The position numbers and the translations under genes are program-made. Under the pieces are notes generated by a model that searched no databases, was not told where the DNA came from, and saw only the letters and a list, made by a program, of their open reading frames with translations. Shown one piece after another: positions 63,253 to 64,000 of a stretch of DNA of 64,000 nt. Location: IMG/VR virus record IMGVR_UViG_3300027608_000028, positions 6,306-70,305 of that record. One strand, given 5' to 3'. Numbering within the stretch: the stretch's first letter is position 1; the number at the start of each line of letters is the position of its first letter. The stretch is from a virus.

Positions 63253-63998
63253 TTTTTGCTCTCTGCATTTTTAATAATTGCTTTGTTCATGCGATTAAAA
63301 CTTTCGAGAATTTCGTTACGTTGTTCCATTACTGGTTCATTTGTAATTACTATACTTTCTTTTGCTCCTTGACCTTTAGCCGCCAATCGTTGTTTTAGAC
63401 TTTGACGTGGAGCCTTAACTTGCGGTTCTGCCTCTGGTGCAGTAGTTGGCTCTGCCGCAGGTGCAGTCTGATTTGGATTAGCTGGATTGGCAGTATGTAC
63501 CTGTCCAGTAGGAGTCTGCGTTGTTGTACCACCTGTACTTGATGCAGATTTATTTGCTCCGCCTAATGTATTTGTCATTTGGCCAAATGCATTTGCTCCT
63601 GCATCAGCTGGTGATTTGCCAGCCGCCTGTGCCCTAGCATCACGCTTTCGTATAGCATTAGGTGTATTACTTAGGCCGGCACCTTTTTTGCGGCCGCCGG
63701 TGCGTTTCTTCTTGCCTGGTGCTGGAGGTGTTTCTGCTCCTGGTGCTGGAGGTGTTTCTGCTCCTGGTGCTGGAGGTGTTTCTGCTCCTGGTGCTGGTGC
63801 TGGTGTAACACCTGGCTTAGGTGCTTCTGGTGCTGGTACTGGTGTAACACCTGGCTTAGGTGCTTCTGGTGCTGGTGCATTACCACCGCCATTACCACCG
63901 CCATTACCACCGCCATTACCACCGCCATTACCACCGCCATTACCACCGCCATTGCCACCGCCATTACCACCGCCATTACCGCCAAAGTTAAATCCTTG
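63249..63998 (-). CDS. Low-complexity Gly/Asn- and Pro/Ala-rich protein (5' end outside window)
   Basis: The frame of ORF 63249-63578 stays open to the window edge: QGFNFG(GNGG)n...APEAPKPGVTP x2, (GAETPPAP) x3. Confidence 0.85.
   Translation of the reverse strand, partial: QGFNFGGNGGGNGGGNGGGNGGGNGGGNGGGNGGGNGGGNAPAPEAPKPGVTPVPAPEAPKPGVTPAPAPGAETPPAPGAETPPAPGAETPPAPGKKKRTGGRKKGAGLSNTPNAIRKRDARAQAAGKSPADAGANAFGQMTNTLGGANKSASSTGGTTTQTPTGQVHTANPANPNQTAPAAEPTTAPEAEPQVKAPRQSLKQRLAAKGQGAKESIVITNEPVMEQRNEILESFNRMNKAIIKNAESKK
63717..63983. repeat. Coding tandem repeats (24-bp x3, a longer unit x2, 12-bp x~8)
   Basis: TGCTGGAGGTGTTTCTGCTCCTGG; CTGGTGTAACACCTGGCTTAGGTGCTTCTGGTGCTGG; ATTACCACCGCC. 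Confidence 0.92.
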
Positions 63999-64000
63999 TC

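Noticed and set aside
63671-63985. 104-aa (MAVV)n ORF
   Set aside because: Alternate-frame reading of the 12-bp repeat; the (GNGG)n frame is continuous with 63249-63578.
1-64000. Alternative genetic code or a cellular (non-phage) origin
   Set aside because: Known genes translate full length with code 11, using all three stops. Host-like genes are out of their bacterial operon context and interleaved with phage promoters and virion-type genes.

Overview
AT-rich, almost entirely minus-strand segment of a large (probably jumbo) tailed-phage genome with T4-like late promoters (TATAAATA/TAAATA) and consensus sigma70 early promoters. The host is probably a betaproteobacterium (inferred from the FabI and IscU sequences). 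Left to right on the coordinates: (1) a curli-like module (csgF, csgG, curlin-repeat protein, FecR-domain protein, second curlin-repeat protein, CHASE2 sensor/cyclase running off the window); (2) tRNA(CAT); (3) an array of translationally coupled mini-genes joined by a repeated ~30-bp stop/SD/start junction ('HFGVEE*/MNERI'); (4) early genes, most with their own sigma70 promoter; (5) a subtilase and a fibre-like protein; (6) a long run of host-like genes: fabI, guaC, three tandem desaturases, clpS, hsp20 with a ROSE-like thermometer, infC, clpX, clpP, iscU, fabF, a radical SAM enzyme, an outer-membrane barrel, a PlcP-like phosphoesterase plus GT2 behind a Pho-box-like repeat, a fourth desaturase and a Rieske protein; (7) a circularly permuted (two-piece) tmRNA gene whose intervening segment carries a 35-aa membrane-peptide ORF, preceded by an aberrant Ser-body tRNA with a CCG anticodon; (8) rubredoxin, rubrerythrin, glutaredoxin, nrdA/nrdB and an exonuclease; (9) a late cluster of probable head/internal proteins. 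All calls come from reading motifs by eye. No database search was run, so novelty could not be confirmed.
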